A program made the translations under genes and the position numbers. The notes beneath the pieces were generated by a model that did not search any database, was not told the origin of the DNA, and worked only from the letters and a program-made list of their open reading frames with translations. Shown one piece after another: positions 62,121 through 64,000 of a stretch of 64,000 nucleotides of DNA; positions within the stretch are counted from its first letter, which is position 1; the number at the start of each line of letters is the position of its first letter. Source of the DNA: Macrostomum lignano (Eukaryota); NCBI GenBank assembly GCA_002269645.1, contig NIVC01001039.1:1-64000 (forward strand). Direction: 5' to 3'.

Positions 62121-63904
62121 CAAAGAATGACATCAATACACAGAGCCAGGGATCCTCCTGTGACAGCTGAGAGACGTGGCTCTGCTAGCTACATACCTCC
62201 ACCCCCAAGCAAGAAAGATGTATTGCAGCAAAAGGTAGGTTTGCATAGGTGTGATTTACTTGCCTTTAGGTTTTTGTCTACTGGGGAATTGAAGATATTA
62301 TCTAATGAGGAATTGGGATATTATCTTCTGAGGAATTGGGATATTATCTACTGAGGAATTGGGGGTATTATCTACTGAGGAATTAGGGATATTATCTACT
62401 GGGGAAATCGGATACTTAAGAGCTTCAGAAGAAACTGTCATTCTGACTCATTCAGACTACAGATAAATTAAAATTGCCTTTTTTCCTCTACTGCCTTCGT
62501 CCCGCTCAGTAGAAAAGCGCGCAAATTGTAACTATTATTTAACTCACATTTAAAAACGCCCCCCCTAAGGTCGCCGGCACCGCCACGCCTGGAGACGCCA
62601 GGGCGGCCAGTCTGGACCGCTCGGCGCTACCGCCGCCGCAGCCGAAGCCAAAAACGAAGCCCAAACTGAAGCCGGGCTCCTCTAGCGCCGACGCCGACGA
62701 TGCACCCAGAGTTGTCGACGCTGCCGAGGCCGGCGGCGGAGTAGTCCGGCGCCACTCGGACGAAGACGCCGATCCCGGGGCCGGCGGCGGCGGCACCGAC
62801 CAGTCTGGGCGCGGCAGCGGCGGCGGCTGGGCTCACTTCTCGGACGTCGACTCGGACACTGGCCTCATCAGCGGCTCGGCCGCTGGCCGCGAGCCTTTGG
62901 CCGGCTCGGCCGCTGCCGCAGCATCCACTGGCGGCCGCGGCGCCTCTCGCCGACGTCATCGTCGGGCCGCCTCGTCGTCCTCGGCAGAAGGCGGCGTCGG
63001 GGGATCCAAAAACGACGACGGCGACGATGTCGATGACGACGATTCGACGTCGGATTCGGACGACTCCGACAGCCAGGCTGGCGACGCGCCCGACGGCCGG
63101 CACAAGTACGTTGAGGGCAACGGCGGCGGCGCTGGCGGCTTCGAGGATGAAGAGGACAGCTCGGACCCGCTGGCCATGACCCGCGAGCAGCGCGAGTACT
63201 ACGCCAACCAATTCCTCACCCTGTGCCCCAGCCTCACCGGCCGCATCACCGGCCCAGTGGCCAAGCAGTTCTTTGAGAAGTCCCGCCTGCCCCCGCCCGA
63301 GCTGTCCCGCATCTGGACCCTGTCCGACCGCGACATGGACGGCCAGCTCAACCTGGCCGAGTTCTCCACCGCGATGCACCTGGTCGTGCTGAGGCGCAAC
63401 AATGTGCCGATACCCGACAGGCCGCCCCCTGTTGCTGCCGGCTACGAGCCGCTGTCCGACCAGGACGAGGCTTCGCCGCCTCCGGCGATGCCGCCGCCAC
63501 CGCCAATTCACCAGCAGCAGCCGCCGCCAGAGCCGTCAGTCTTTGGCGGAATTCCTCCAACCGGTGTTGGCGTGCTTCATCCGACCCCTAGGAAACCGAC
63601 AGCGCATCAGCAGCAGCATCTCCTGCAACAGCACGCCGACCCGTCCGCTCCGACTGTGCCGCCACGAGCTGCCAACTATCAGCTGGCGTCCTCCGCTGCT
63701 GCCGCCGCCGCTGCTGCCGACGCAGCCGCTGTTGCCTCCGGCCAGCCGCCTAATCGGGAACGCCTGCTAGCGGCGGTGAAGGCTCAGAAAGAGAAGAATC
63801 ACACCCTGGTTAGGCTCAACAATGAACTGGCTGTCGAGCTCAAGGAGGTCACCGAGCAAAGGATTGCCTTGGAATTGGAGTTGGAACGGCTGAAACCGCT
63901 TTAA
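62121..63904 (+). CDS. REPS1: 3' exons of RalBP1-associated EH-domain protein (REPS1/2)
   Basis: Exon ~62121-62234 (donor AAG|gtaggt) joins in frame to terminal exon 62570-63904. EH domain: MTREQREYYANQF..GRITGPVAKQFFEKSRLP..ELSRIWTLSDRDMDGQLNLAEF..AMHLVV. C-terminal coiled coil KEKNHTLVRLNNEL..RIALELELERLKPL. Upstream exons were not identified. Confidence 0.88.
62280..62405. repeat. ~22-bp repeat (tattatctactgaggaattggg) in a REPS intron
   Basis: About 5 copies. Confidence 0.75.
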
Positions 63905-64000
63905 CAGTCCCTAGTCCTTAGTCTCCCGTCACTACTCACTGCCTCAGTTATTTTTTGCCTGACAACCAGATTATTAGTGCGGCATAACTAGATACTAGAT

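Noticed and set aside
62627-63511. 294-aa minus-strand ORF
   Set aside because: Antisense shadow of the REPS terminal exon.

Overview
Eukaryotic animal genomic DNA, most likely the flatworm Macrostomum. Basis: GC-rich exons, introns packed with minisatellites, and two near-copies of what I recall as the M. lignano spliced-leader (SL) sequence. Conserved genes reconstructed with frame-consistent splice junctions: Mint/X11/lin-10 (+, PTB-PDZ-PDZ), 5-aminolevulinate synthase (-, one apparent 1-nt frameshift), ZNF622/Rei1 (-), an intronless class A peptide-type GPCR (-) and the 3' end of REPS1/2 (+). The standout is a two-exon, 314-aa neuropeptide precursor at 17719-18756 (-) that the ORF track misses. 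It has a signal peptide and 22 GKR-flanked copies of (A/S)GAW(S/N)(S/N)GF-amide hidden in a 33-bp tandem array. Also notable are a ~980-1010-aa fusion of 10 ankyrin repeats to a Mab-21/cGAS-like nucleotidyltransferase with intact catalytic motifs, and an intronless coiled-coil protein with a Gly/Ala hydrophobic hairpin ending in CaaX (CAIL). Mobile DNA includes a hAT-like element with a 6-bp TSD inside an ALAS intronic minisatellite, mariner-type and 8-bp-TSD MITEs, a Merlin/ISXO2 remnant and a tRNA-derived SINE. Most long ORFs in the supplied track are artefacts of tandem repeats. All coordinates were read by eye, and repeat-array boundaries are approximate.
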